Shown: positions 26,345 to 40,400 of the stretch, one piece after another
Layout: each line of letters begins with the position of its first letter
Position numbering within the stretch: the first letter of the stretch is position 1
DNA from: Mytilus californianus
Taxonomy: Eukaryota
DNA length: 64,000 nucleotides
Direction: 5' to 3'
Assembly (NCBI RefSeq): GCF_021869535.1
Contig: NW_026262690.1
Span: 47,492,001 to 47,556,000 of the forward strand
The notes under the pieces: model-generated
The model's input: the letters and a program-made list of their open reading frames with translations, nothing else
Database searches by the model: none
Told to the model about the DNA's origin: nothing
Position numbers and translations under genes: made by a program

Positions 26345-26750
26345 CTAGTACATTGCATCGACACTGGAAGATGGCAAAACTTAGAAAGAGAAAACAGAAA
26401 GTGTGTATTGTGTAATTTAGATGCCATTGGTGATGAATACCATTACATTTTTAATTGTTCAGCTTTTCATAACTGTAGAAAACAATTTATTACATTTCAT
26501 TATAGGAATAGACCTACCACGTTGAAGTTGCATGACTTAATGAATTCCAAAACATATTCAGAACTGAATGAGCTGTGTAAACTCATTAAGGAGATCAATA
26601 ACAAATTGAACTTTTCTGGATGAACAATTGTAAATGCCTCTATCTACTTTCGTACATTATTTATTTATGTAATTGTATTGAAATATGTATTATTATCTCT
26701 ATACCTTTGTAATTTGGTTTGTGAGAATAAAGATATATATATATAGATAT
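26345..26750 (+). mobile_element. LINE 3' remnant (CR1/L2-group)
   Basis: DTGRWQNLERENRKCVLCNLDAIGDEYHYIFNC...; 3' tail aataaagatatatatatatag. Confidence 0.8.
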
Positions 26751-27129
26751 ACAGGATGTATGACCATGCACTTTCGTAACGGAAAAAACCCAACAAGACA
26801 TAATTAGCTATGTTTTAATTTATTTTAAAAGAATCAATCTTTAGTTATCACAGAACAGAGGTTATTCTGAAAAACCCTGTTCACTGGAGCGTGAAATTGA
26901 GTCAAAGTCCACCTATTATATATCAAACGGACACTGACACATCGCAAACAATACATATACTTATGTAGCCAATATTGTTGACCGATTATATATTGGTAAG
27001 TAGGAACATACGTCATCCTGAAATCTTAACCTGAAGGCAGGAACATGAACATAAGATCAAGATCAAGTAACAATCTCTCCTTTGTTAATGTTAAAAACAA
27101 AATGAAAATTAGCAGAAAATGCAAAACAA

Positions 27130-28150
27130 TCTAGTATATGGTTTAGTTTAAACATATTTTATTTGCTCAAAGCAAAAAGGATCAGACACAAGTAAAACAT
27201 ACTTATAAATTCTTCTTCACAATACAATATATATAACAATACAAATTGAATGTGAGCATGCATTATATAAAATAAACAACATAAATATTACTAATAAACT
27301 ATACTGAAAGAAGGAAAGGGGGTGAAGAAAGAACGACAGAGATCAGGATAATGATGATGTGCGTTTTACCTATATGTTGATATTATACTACGAGGAATCG
27401 TTTTGATCTCTTACTTGTCTAACAATTTGCATATTTTGATCATAGGAAAGAGTTTCTTTTCCAAACACCAATAGTTTTAAGTCCAAATTGCAGCCTTCGG
27501 GAAGCCAGCTGAGACTATTAAACAGAATAGCCTTTTCATTTAAATAGAAAGGACAATCAAAGAAAAAATGTCGCATGTCCTCAATATCCAAACCACATTT
27601 ACATGTTGAATCAGATATAATGTTAGCTCTAAACAAGTCACAATTCAAGAAAGATGCTGAGAACATCTAAATTGGGTTAAGATTATATTCAATTTTCTAG
27701 GACCATATAAATAATTTTGAGATTGATTCTGATTTCAAATGCCGTGGTTTTTTAATTCTACTTTGAATTTTGATAATGAATCTACATTTTGAACTGACAT
27801 GTTCAGATTATTCCAAAGTTTAATTGTTGAGGGGATAAATGATTGGAAAGTCAGTGTCAGCCTGTAAAATAGTAAAATAATATCTTGTCCATTTCGCAAG
27901 GGATATTGTGTTGTGCTTTGAATTTTAGTATAGGGTTGTAACCTTAATACTAACATGATGTGATACTGGATTATTGACATCAACATGTTTCGTTTAATCG
28001 TGTCAGTGCCAAAGCATTGGCTACATGATCAATGAAACTCTTTAGGATTAACACTGTTTTCCAAATCTTTGGCTATTACTCTTCTTATCATGGCTTAAAC
28101 GCAAATTAGTATTTAATTTGATTCACAGCTACATAAACTAGTGTGATGCA
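27130..28150 (-). mobile_element. Degenerate CR1-type LINE 3' portion
   Basis: ORFs 27735-27986 (SFIPSTIKLWNNL) and 27388-27666 (LNCDLFRANII...CKCGLDIEDMRHFFFDCPFY) are typical CR1 ORF2 C-terminal motifs, with frameshifts. Boundaries are approximate. Confidence 0.8.
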
Positions 28151-30037
28151 AGTTCACGAGGGCCTCATCTGGCTATTATCTAATACTTCGGCATTTAGCA
28201 AGATTCGATTCATAGATTTTGATGTTTGCTCTTTTCAGTTAGCCTTAGTTCTATGTCAAGTTGCAAATCTTTTCATGCGTATTTAGGAAAATAAAAAAAT
28301 TAAAAAAAAAAAACAATTAATGCGATAGGCATGTTCGGCAAAGTGGGTTTACCGAGATGAAGGTCTGGGAATTGAGAGGAATTGGATTGAACGTCCGCAT
28401 TCCGACCGATTGTGTCTATGTATCTATACATCCTGTACAGCCAATGGGGTGCTCCGATTTAGCATGAGTTCACTGCTGGATGAGAGAATTCCAGGTTGCC
28501 ATGTTACTTTACCCCAGTCTACGTTTGGTTGACAATGTTAATAATTTGTTTTAATGTTCTATTGAACTATAACTTGACTCTGAGCATTTTAGACAGATTT
28601 TCTTTAAAATATGACAGAATAATCTAACACAATATAGCGGTATATGAAATGAATTGATTCGTATAATTTAAATATATTTTATAATATAATTCTTCTAGAA
28701 AAAAAACTGACAAATTACTGCTACTTTAAATTGGCATGGAAGGCTATGATATTCCAATTTTCAACACAATGTTTATTTGGTCATTTGGTCACCATAAAAG
28801 GATTATAGGGTCCGTTTTATCATAGCATAATGTCAGCCAACACGGGTGTGTTGTCGATTGAGATCTATTTAAAAAGTTGGACCAAAGTTAGATTGAACTG
28901 TTCTAGCTCAGTAAAACGCATTGAATGAAATTATAAAATAACATTATTTTTAACATCAATGCACCTTTTGGTCAAAAGTGTATGTCCTCAAAAAGAAGTA
29001 ATCAATTTCGGTGGTATTTAAGATCGAAACCTCCTTTCCTTCCTTTTCTTAATAATGCCTCGCGAAATCGGAGAAAGTCAGGCTTGATCTTCTTTTTCCA
29101 GAAGTATTTCTTCAAGTAATGCCTTTTGAGTTTGCTTCACCTACTTTTTCCATTGAAGGGAATTCAAAGGACCTTTTCTGCATTTAATCAGCTGTGGATC
29201 TTAATTGCTTTGAGTTATTAAAAATAGATACGGTAAGGTATTACAACTTTGTGATTAGTAAAAGTACACTGTCACTGTATAACAATTAGTCAACAATTTT
29301 AAGAAAATGAGTTAACGTTGCGTTCCTATATTTTGAAAAGTAGATTTTTCAACATTAAGCCTTGACAGTTTCATAGAATTAATCAGAAATGTTGGTGATC
29401 TTTTAACAATTTTCTATGACTGGATGGATACCGATGTGTGGTCCTGGTTGACTGTTAGTCCCGAGGGTAGCATCAGCTCATTGGTCTGTGGTTCGCCACT
29501 GAAAAATAAATTTCTTAAATTTCCCGTTGGTAAATTTATAAATGGTTTGGAAACTATGGTTTTAAGTCCCCTAACCAAATTGACCTTCGTATGTTTTGAC
29601 TGTTTTATATATCAATACATTCCCGGCTTTCAAAATTTTGGGTTTGACCTTTCCTGGTGAAGTTAAACCCAGAAAAGCGCTCAACGCGCATAGTACCAAT
29701 GTGTTTCTTCATTCGTCGCTGTAGGGGACATGATGGCTGCTAAAACATTTTAAAGAGCACTTATATAAATAGGTCAAACAGCGTAAGTTAAATTAAACAA
29801 ATTAACTGCAGCTTTAAAATAAGTCGAAATTGTAAGGAATTAATTTATGAGATTAATGAAACTAGTTGTAGTCAGATTTTACTGTGAAAGATTAATTGTT
29901 GGACAATAAAAGTTCTTTTACTCATATTTGTTATATAGTTTATACCTAAACCAGTGTAAATTATATATAACTGTTTCGACACTAGTATACTCTGGACCTG
30001 AGAATACTTTATTTCATGATGATTATCTTCGTTACAG

Positions 30038-32217
30038 CTCATAAAGCCTTTGGATTATTTGATGTAACCGACAACTGTGTTATAAATACATGGGAACTGA
30101 AGTCTGTATTGAGTTCACTTGGACAAAATATCATAACAAACGAGAAATTGCATGGAATGATTCAGGAAGCTGATTTAGATGGTAAGCGTGTGCCATGTTG
30201 ACTGACAATGAAGAAGAATACATGTATATACAATATGAAAAAAGGAATCTTATATCAAAATTTTATGACATTCAAATAAAAGATTAATTATAATTATGTA
30301 ACTTTATTTTGAAAATGTACATAATTATATATCGATTATATATGTTGTTATACTTTGGTATGGATGTTTAGTTTGAACCTGAGAGGCGCTCATTTCAGAG
30401 GATTCCTTCTTTTCACTTGCTTTAGTATAATTCATTCTAGACATAATGGTATCCTATCTTTGCAGAAATACATTGATATACATTTAAGGTTTTGTCTAAA
30501 TATCTGTTTAAACTTCAAAACACTGTCTGTGTTTCTCTCTTTCTTCTCCCTCTCTATAAGCGGCTGGTTTTTTTAGTTGTATGGAGAGATTGCAAGAAAG
30601 AAAAAGGGGAAACATACTTGTTATAAGAAAACTGCCCAATTCTGATTTGCAAAGTTAAACGTAGACGATTTTGGCTTCTTTTCATGTCTGATTTGGTTTG
30701 GTATATCCACTTGGGCATTAGCGTTCCTTGCGAATGTTAAATCAGAAAAAAACGTTTCCTATAATAGCTTAATTTAATTAATGACTTACGGTAGAGGAAC
30801 CGCAACACAATTTGTTCATGTACCCCCAAACTAATGAACTCATGTGTATGTAAACAAAACTGTCAGTTCGGTAGTTTCGAAAGCAATTCATTTTTGTCGA
30901 GCCTTCGACTTTTGTCGCAAAAGCGAGACATAGCGATCCTATATTCCGTCGTCGTCGTCGTCGACTGTGTCCACAAATATTCACTCTGTGGTTAAAGTTT
31001 TTCAAATTTTAATAACTTTCTTAAACTATCCTGGATTTCTTCCAAACTGGGACATAAGCTTGTTAATGATCATATAAGATAGTATTCAAAAGTAAATTTT
31101 GTTAAAAAAAAATCCTGTTTATCCGTATTTTACTTATAAATGGACTTAGTTTTTCTGCCAGTTAACATTACATTCACTCTGTGGTTAAAGTTTTTCAAAT
31201 TTTAATAACTTTCTTAAACTATCCTGGATTTGTACCAAACTTGGACAGAAGCTTGTTTATGATCAAAAGCTAGTATCGAGAAGGAAATTTTGTAAAAAAA
31301 AAAAATCCTGTGTTTATATTACTTATAAATGGACTTAGTTTTTCTTCCAGTTAACATGACATACAGTCTGCAGTTAAAGTTTTTAAAACATTTATTCGAT
31401 TCATAAACCATCCTGGATTCTTACCAAACTTGAACAGAAGCTTCTTACATTCAAGAGCTAGTATCTAGAGGAAAATTTTTAATAATTATTTCCCGATTTT
31501 TGTTGAGCCTGCGACTAACAACAAAAGTAGGCGAGACACTGGGTTCCGCGGAACCCTTGCGAATTTTTATTCATTTCAGTTATTATATATTGTTTATCAG
31601 TGTTTCTTACTTTTATTTTTTTTTCCAGGAAATGGAATAATAGATTTTGATGAATTTATAAAAAAGATGATTTCAACAAATATTATACCGGTGAGAATAC
31701 ATAGTATAAGCCTACGAAAGTAACACATGGTGTTTATTTTGTTAATTCTGTCAATCAAAACATTTTTATGTAATTGACAACATAATCAATGTGCAAATCT
31801 TATTATATCAAGCAGTATATGAAGCATTGATATGAAATTCCGAACTAGCTTACAAAAATGAAAGGAGGTCTTTTTAAAAATTTAAATGGCAATTATTGAA
31901 ATAAAGTATACTAAGGTCATCAAGACAGTATTAATATGGTCTTAAAATTACAAGTCTCAGTGTAACTAATCTTTTATGTCAATTATTCAATCAGGTAGAC
32001 TTTTTTTTAATTTACACAAACTTTCAGTTCTCAAGATAGGTAATTGATTAATTGGCCTGAATGAAGTGCTATTGTTGATCGAAGCATTCGTGTTGATCGA
32101 AGTATATAATTATTAAATACTTGTGCATGAATTTACATGTTTGAAACTAGTATTTAAATGTATGTAAACATTATCTGTTAAAATCTTCGTCTATCGTAGG
32201 AGCATGTGAACAAGATG
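30038..32217 (+). CDS. Duplicated calmodulin N-lobe exons (B: EF1 plus EF2) and a linker exon; probable 5' extension of gene C, alternatively a partial duplicate or pseudogene
   Basis: Exon 30038-30181 (144 nt; [49 protein letters not shown]), exon 31629-31690 ([21 protein letters not shown]|gtgaga) and exon 32200-32217 (tag|EHVNKM|gtaagt). All are open and in phase with each other and with gene C exon 2, and are clearly paralogous to gene C exons 3-4. The upstream start exon is uncertain. Confidence 0.65.
30893..31566 (+). mobile_element. Helentron/HINE-like element with ~190-bp internal repeats
   Basis: 5' cgacttttgtcg hairpin, (CGT)n, units starting at about 30980, 31173 and 31361, and 3' hairpin gggttccgcggaaccc. 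Confidence 0.7.
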
Positions 32218-35200
32218 GTAAGTCTTTAATAAGTCTTTAATATATTGAAATTTAAAAAAAAAAGTATATATTGCGATATTTTTTCAACAGACTGTTGAGT
32301 TATTAAAATAAAAGTATCCAATTAGTCAAAACGGTATATTTTTTTTCTTTTTTCCTCAAATGCAAGAACGAATAGTATATCTGTATAGATGTTGAATTAG
32401 AATTTGTTGCTCTTAAAAAATGAGAGATCTCTGATTACATGTGTAACGAGTACTTATAAACCTTTGACTTGCAGTTTAATATATAACATATATGTATGTA
32501 AGGAGATATCGAGTAAAAGTCATTGAGACAACAACCAAACAACAAAAATGACCAAATGACACTTAGAAGGCAGCATACAATCTTCAACATTAGACAAGTG
32601 TCTATACAATATGCCAAACTCTTATTCGTCCTGATTCCATAAGAATTGTATATAAATTAAACTGTCATCAACACCGAAATCTCCTAATAAGAAAACGATG
32701 AAATATATGCCCAAATAAAAATACCGGAACACGGTTTAGAAAAAGGTAAAATAAAATGAATTAACTTGGTATCATTTTTATATGACTACCTCAGGAAAAA
32801 TTGACCTTTGTTTTTGTTGTTCTATTAAGTATCGTGGTTTCTTTTTTCAAAAAAAATATTTTTTTGTATCAAACAATATATACTGTTTAATGAATGTTTT
32901 GTCTAAAATGAATGTATACATGTTTGTCTTTTTTATTATTTTTTGTTTGTAATTGATATGCCCTTAGGGCCCCTTTAATCAGGAAATAAAATGATTTGAT
33001 TTGATATACTGGTCCAAAAGAGAAGATCTTATGCAGTAGATTCAATATCTATTATGAGACATTTTTGTATTGCCAACATATGATAGAAAAACAAGGGATA
33101 TGGGGTAAGAATTTACCGGTTATGCATTTGTTCTTTATCCGTTGTTGTGAAGAACAATTTAGTATATACAACAGCGACCAGCATCTTTATCTTTAGTTTA
33201 TCTCTCAGGCTCGTGTCATATGAGCTTGTGTAAGGTTTTCCCATATCATCTAGTTCCAGGATATATATTTTATTCACTATTTACTGTGTAGATCTAAAAC
33301 ATTTTAAGATGATAAAGTTTTTCAAATAAAGTTATTAAATTGAATGGTTCCCCAATAGTGCTTTTAAAAGGTTATTGAAATATTTACAGTCATGCATCAT
33401 CATTTAATAAATTACTCACAACATTGTATCTATACGAAAATTATAAATGTCTCATGATGTATACATGATTTATCAGTTACTATTTGAAAAGGTGAAATTG
33501 AATGCTCAGATGATTTACGATATTTGTACATGTGCAATTTAAAAGTTAGGACTGATAAAGTTATCAATAACTATAATAATTACGAATCACAGTGTAATAA
33601 ACCGAATTTTATTCGTTCGCTATTAACCAGAAACGTTTAGATAGTTTTAAAAAAATCGTTGGGAGTGACAAAGATGCATAGCTGCATTAGGAAAAATGGG
33701 CTATATAACCAAAATGTGCATTTGCTGTGTAACTATCCATAATTATACAATCAAAATCTAGACCAAAATTACTCTGACGTCCTGTTTTCGGGACTGGTTG
33801 GGTCCCATGTACCTACAATTCCCAAAACAGGCCATTGCACGTTTGAGCAATCTCGGACTACCATATAATGTAAACTCAATATCTGTGAGCAAAACATGAA
33901 GAATATGCAATAAGGATTTTTACTTTCTAGTAATCTCTATGTTTACTGGCCTTGATTTCATTAATATTTAAACCAACTGGAATTAAAAGCAAACTTAAAA
34001 AAGAACTATTTTCCTTTGTTGTTTTATCATAAACCAGGCCGTTGGTTTCATCGTTTGAATTGTTTTACATTTGTCATGTCGGGGTTTTTATAGCTTACTA
34101 TATGGTATTGGTTTTGCTCTTTGGTTAAGGCCGTACGGTGGGTGACCTGTCGTTGCTTATACCCATGTCCTTAATAAAAATTTTTCGTTGGCAATCCTAC
34201 CACATCTCGTATTTTTTTATCGGTCGGCCACTATACTTTTAATACAATTAAATGCAAACTTTAAAGCACATCATCAGCATGAACAAAGCATATTTTTATA
34301 TTTCGGAAGAAGGACATAGTAGGGTAGAATGTACGCATGCCCGTCCATTTACTGGGGAATATGACAATAGTTATTGATTTACGTATCAGTGAATGCCAAG
34401 GTTAACTCCGCCAGTTTCACTGAAAACCGTTAAAGACTTTAAGGTTAACTCCGCTAGTTTCACTGAAAACTTTTAAAGACTTTAAGGTTAACTCCGCTAG
34501 TTTCACTGACAACTGTTAAAGACTTTAGGTTAACTCCGCTAGTTTCACTGACAACTGTTAAAGACTTTGAGGTTAACTCCGCTAGTTTCACAGACAACTG
34601 TTAAAGACTTTAAGGTTCACTCCGTCAGTTTTACTCAAAACTGTTAAAGACATTTTTTAGATTTACAGAGATCTTGAAGTCAAGCCGTAGTACTTTAAGT
34701 TGATGTAAAATTCTGATTTTTTCATACTGATATATCTTCCAGAGTACATCAAAATATCAGGATACTAATGCTCTTTTTACCATCATGCAGCACTAGTTTG
34801 GCTCTTTATACTTTGGATGTATAAGAAATTCCTACTTTTTTAGAAACAGTTTAAGATTAATGTTTACTTAATGTACTTTTAGTAATGACTATGTTAAGAG
34901 GAATACTTTCCTTGAGTAGAAGCTACTAACTAATCAGACGTAACTCAGTAGGTTACAGCGCTGACTTGAAACACAGAGGTTCCTTGATTCTAAATATCTT
35001 TAACTCGAGGGAAGCAATCCCGTCCCATTAAGAACAATATATCGCTAGATAGCGGTCAACAACTTCGACAAAAAAAAACACAGAAAAAGACCCTTAAGTG
35101 TCTGGCAAGTAATTACACCAAAACGGTACTATGTGCCTGCATTAAACCTTCAGACAATCAGCTTTTGAAGTACTGTCTTGACTTTCAAATTAAGACCTAT

Positions 35201-38200
35201 AGGAACATCTGGAAAACTGCATAAACACAGTGCTTAAGTTTAAATTAACACGCTGTTCTCAAATTTTGTCTATATTTTTTTCAATTCAATACTTTGATTT
35301 TCAGGCTAGTGAACTGTCCAGAGAAGAACTTGAAGGTAAGTGAATAAGTTGATACAGACAAAAAATTGTTACACTACGTAGTACCACATAATGCAATCCT
35401 CGGTAAAACATTCATTGAATCGCTACGACAGAGATGATGTGAAATGAAGTAGCGTTAAACCGCCATAAATATACCAAGACACCACTCATATAATCATCTT
35501 TTTAATAAGCTTTGAATTTTAAAATATTTTGGCCTCGAGTATCACTGAATAGACATTGATTGTCGAAATGTGCATCTGGTGCAGAAATATGGTACCGTTT
35601 ATGTTATCGTATAAAACTACATATAAATTGCAGTTTGATGTGAAAACTCATGAAGACATGTATGGACTTAAGTTGATTAAGTAAAACGTCAATGAGACAG
35701 CAACCCAACGATACAAAACACATCAAGAGGTCAAGTAGTAGTGTATTCAAACAACGATACAAAAAACATCAAGAGGTCAAGTAGTAGTGTATACAAACAT
35801 TATTAAATCAACAACAAACAAACACATATGATGTGTATCATGCCTGATATTCATATGATGAAGACATAATCTTTCAATCAGTTTAATTGATGTCTGGAGC
35901 TGGCATGTCAGTAACTGCTAGTAGTCTGTTGTTATTTATGTATTATTGTCATTTTGTTTATTTTCTTTTGTTTCCTATTCTGACATCGGACTCGGACTTC
36001 TCTTATACTGAGTTTTACTGTGCGTACTGTTGTACGTTTGTTTTTTTCTACATTGGCTTGAGGTATAGGGGGAGGGTTGAGATCTCAAAAAACATGTTTA
36101 ACCCCGCCGCTTTTTTGTGCCTGTCCCAAGTCAGGAGCCTCTGGCCTTTGTTAGTCTTGTATCATTTTTAATTTTAGTTTCATGTGTATAATTTGGAGTT
36201 TAGTATGACGTCCATTATCACTGAACTAGTATACATATTTGTTTAGGGGCCAGCTGAAGGACGCCTCCGGTGCGGGAGTTTCTCGCTGCATTGAAGACCC
36301 ATTGGTGGCCTTCGGCTGTTGTCTGCTCTATGGTCGGATTGTTGTCTCTTTGACATATTCCCCATTTCCATTCTCAATTTTACAATAAGCAAATTGAAAT
36401 TAATTGAAGCAAAGCGAGTGCCATGATTTTATTAAATTATTTTAAATTGTTGATATTGCCCTAAAATTAATCAAAATTTCAAAAGTGGAAGATTTAAATT
36501 AAAATATTTTGAAATCGAATGGGATCGACTCATAGAAACAGTAAAATGAATCAGAAATGTGTACAAACTTAATCAATTTGATTGAAAAATTTAGGGGATA
36601 AATACGTGACTGTTGTGTAATAGAGGAGAACATAATCATATTATACACTGCCGAAAGTAATGTATGCACATTAATATATTTGTGTCCAGTATCATTTTTC
36701 CATCTGTTTTTGTTGCAGCATATAAAGAAGCATTCGGACTGTTTGATGCAAACGGTGATGGGGTAATATCAACATGGGAACTTAAATCTGTGTTGAGAGC
36801 ACTTGGTCAGAATCCCACAAACGAGGAATTGATTGAGATGATACGTGAAGCTGATCTTGATGGTATACTATGTACAATAAATTAGAATAACACCATACTT
36901 CTTCTAAAACAAGAAGCATTCTATATTATGGAAAACACCTCTTTTGTTTAGTGATGTATACCCCGTAGCCTTTTTATTTTTACGATCTGGTCCATATAAA
37001 TGTGTATTATGATAATGTAGTGGATGCATTCGTCCTCTGATCAATGGTTACCGTAGATTATTTTTTCATTGGCAACCATACCACATCTCCTAATTTTTAT
37101 ATGTATTAATGATATATGTATACTTCGTCTGAATTTTGGCCCAGCAGGTTGTTGGGCTCAAACGAAGTGTATTAACTGTTGAGGATGTATGTAGATAGTT
37201 AATATCTATACATTGTATATAAAACAGATTTCTCCATCGGTTCATACAATGACATTATTACACATCATACTGAATATATAACGTGAGGGTACCCAAATTG
37301 CACGGGCCTATTTTGACAGTTTTTTCACCTTTGTTTATTTATGATCATGACAAAAGTTTCCATTCTGTGTTTGTTTTGTAGATTTATCCTTATTTACTAT
37401 ATAGTTCTAAAAATTTATTTTTGAATCCATATTGAATCATAGAAAAATGGGTTTGAACCAACCTTCAAACGACCTATGATTCTGTAATGAGGAGTACCCA
37501 AATTGCATCCATGCATCAGCCGTAAATATCGAATAACTGATGTTTCGTTTTATTTCTTCAATTACTTAAAACAATTTGAAAATCGTCCATTCTTACTATC
37601 CATTTTTTAATAAATTGAGGCCTGTGACATATTTTAATTGCTCATTTTTAAAAGGTGACTTTGAAGTGAATACTTCATCGGTTGATATATACTGTGAACG
37701 TTTTGTGTATATTTAGATATATTCAGTTATGTTGAAAGACGTGCATAATGTCAAATCATAAAAATACAAGTTGTTTACTCTCTAAGAAAACTTGTAAGGT
37801 TCCGTTGCTATTTTTGCTATATGTGTGCAATTTGGTTACTGTGATGTTACATAAACATTTTAGAAACTACCCATTTACAACGGGGATACCTGCGGACGGA
37901 CGGGGTATCCACTAAATGTGTCTAACAGCATATGCAATGAATATATACAAACAAGTTAAAAATATTCATATGTCATTATCCGAGTTAAAAAATGGTATTT
38001 TATAAAATAAGACAGCTTACATAAAAGACAAAACAACATTATGTACAACATAAACAAAAGAAATAAAACTAAGAATTACATAAATCATATTGCACAAACA
38101 AATTACATTTAAGCTTAAGGTTCCAAAACCAATCCTCTGTGAGAATGCATTTCGTTCAACATTATTTTTACTAAACTATACATACTTTTACTAATATAGG

Positions 38201-39581
38201 GATAAACCTGATAAAAATAATCACTATTGTATTTTAAGCTCTCTCCAGGCCAGGCCTGGAAAGGTAATAAACACATTCTTTATGCGGATAAAATATACTG
38301 AAAAATCATTGTCATTTGAATGACGTTGCTTTACGGTGCAATGCCTTTATTCAGCTTTCACATTCATTCATCTGTGGTCACCATTGTCTTCCAGGAAATG
38401 GAATTATAGATTTTGACGAATTTATAAATATGATGATTCGGAGGAACAATTCGGAAGAAAGCGATGAAACACTCCGGGAAGCTTTTACCATTTTTGATCA
38501 TGACAACAACAATTTCATTACATGTGCTGACCTGAGATACGTCATCAAGTCTTTAGGATTGGACATATCAGAAGAAACAATCGATGAAATGGTTCGGGAA
38601 GCAGATGAAGACGGCAACGGAAAAGTTGGGGTTGAAGGTGAGGTTTGTCATAGCTTTAGTCATTGTATAAAGCTTTATAATAAAATATTTACTTTTAGCA
38701 GGTTTGTACACATTTGTTACTTATTCGGACTGGCAAACATAGTGAACGCATTGTTCAGATGAGGAAATGGTTTCGTTTGAAAGAACATGTTTATGTTGAT
38801 ACGTGAGGTCATATGTATTTCAAGGGAATATGGATCATTTAGCTTTGACTACTATCCACCGATTTATACTGGACAAAAAATGTAAACACACGGAGCAGTA
38901 CTTCACAAAACTAAAGTTAGGCTCAGCTTGCAAAAAGGACCGTGTTGTGTGTGAATTATCTTTTAGTATACATTTTGTAAATAAAAATATTCTCTGAAAA
39001 CACTTAACCACAGTCGCATTAAATGAAAAAGTTATTACTTTGACTAAAGGCGAGCTAGAACATAAATCATAAGTTATGATGATCTAAATGTCCAAGTATC
39101 TTAAAACAATATGATGAGAATACAATGGCAAAATAAATTTTTTGGACAATCCAATATTGAAGGGAAATGAACGAGGGTAAATCGGAACTCCGAAGGAGAA
39201 AAATGGGAGACCAGTCAAGTAGTCCCACTGTGCTGTGGCTCGTCACTTCTTTCACAAACCTTTCTAAATTACACACATTAATCAATGTTCATGCTACCGG
39301 TAAATTGATTCTAAGTGTTGTATCATTGTAACAGGATGAATGTTTGGCAACTGTAAACAGAAAAGGGATATATTTTGAGGATGTTTAAACTTATATCAGA
39401 GGTTTAATGCAAACCTTTAAGTACAGTATCAACGTGCAATTGTTTTCTTCAATCTTGAAATCATATAGAACCATCAGTACCTGTACATATACTGTAAAAC
39501 GTTGCTACAATTATTCAGCATGGATATAATAATTGTTTCTTTCTATTTACAGAGTTTATAAAAATAATGAGATCAAAATGA
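32215..39581 (+). CDS. Calmodulin-like protein C (149 aa from the ATG at 32215), four near-canonical EF hands
   Basis: ATG 32215-32217|gtaagt, then exons 35305-35335 (31 nt), 36719-36862 (144), 38395-38637 (243) and 39553-39581. [155 protein letters not shown] at 39772. Too divergent to be canonical calmodulin. Confidence 0.9.
34398..34655. repeat. Tandem repeat, 43-bp unit x6
   Basis: aaggttaactccgctagtttcactgacaactgttaaagacttt repeated six times with no spacers. Confidence 0.9.
35539..35582 (+). ncRNA. Degenerate minimal hammerhead ribozyme (core G8 changed to U)
   Basis: GTATCA-CTGAATA-GAC-ATTGATT-GTC-GAAA-TGTGCA-TC-TGGTGC; same architecture as 46120-46163 but with a core mutation. Confidence 0.65.
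35841..36382 (-). mobile_element. Abundant interspersed repeat (same family as 12775-13094)
   Basis: Near-identical over about 500 bp to 49425-49934; ends cccatttccattctcaatttta. Confidence 0.8.
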
Positions 39582-39927
39582 GTGAGGTCTGCTGCAAACA
39601 GAAGAGACGATGTATGCGAGCATGTCACGTAAATGTGTGCTACTAAGGCCATGTAGACTTCATTTTGAAGAAATACGCAATTATTCTGCAAGTTCTTTTT
39701 GTTATTCATTTTGTTATTGTTGTTGCTGAATGTTTGTTTTTGAAAGAAGATATTTGTAATCTTTTTTTTTTAATAAATTTTTACACTGAAAGGTTATTTG
39801 ATTTTTTTTTTCATAGGTAGTTTGTGCAAAACGTTACCACAAACGCTCACGGGGACTACTGTGCATTTTAAACAACAGCCACTCTCTAAAAGTGTAAACT
39901 AGAATATAAGTCCATGAAAAAAATCTC

Positions 39928-40400
39928 TTTTTAGCTCACTTGAACCAAAGGGTAAAGTTAGCTTTCTCGTCACTTGGAGTCCGTCGTCCGTTAACTTTTA
40001 CAAAAATATTATGCTTTGAAACTACGGGACCAATTGGAAGCAATCTTGGCCTTTATCAACTATGGAGTATCTAGTTTAAAATATGTGTCCGATGATCCCG
40101 CCTGCCAACTTACCTGGCCAACACGACCTAAAAATAGAACATAGGGCTAAAATGCAAGTATTGTCTATTACTAATACCTTTAAAAATCGCTATAGATAGA
40201 AAAAATCTCACCGGGGCAAAAAGTTCAGAATGTTGAGTTCTACCTTCTGTCCATCGACACCATAACTTTCTGACGACTCCTTATCTGAGTTATTGTCCTT
40301 AAATGACGATGTTTACCAATTTCTTAAACTATTGCCTATAATCTTGAAATTTTTTAAAAATACAATGGGTGACTGCTTAGTATACCTTTCTGTGTAAACT
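39928..40400 (+). mobile_element. HINE-like element between the converging 3' ends of genes C and D
   Basis: tttttagctcacttgaaccaaagggtaaagttagct 5' hairpin followed by gtccgtcgtccgttaac; right boundary approximate. Confidence 0.55.

Noticed and set aside
29000-29135. Basic minus-strand frame SKLKRHYLKKYFWKKKIKPDFLRFREALLRK resembling a calmodulin-binding helix
   Set aside because: About 43 codons, bounded by stops, with no usable start or acceptor; A-rich sequence gives Lys-rich frames by chance.
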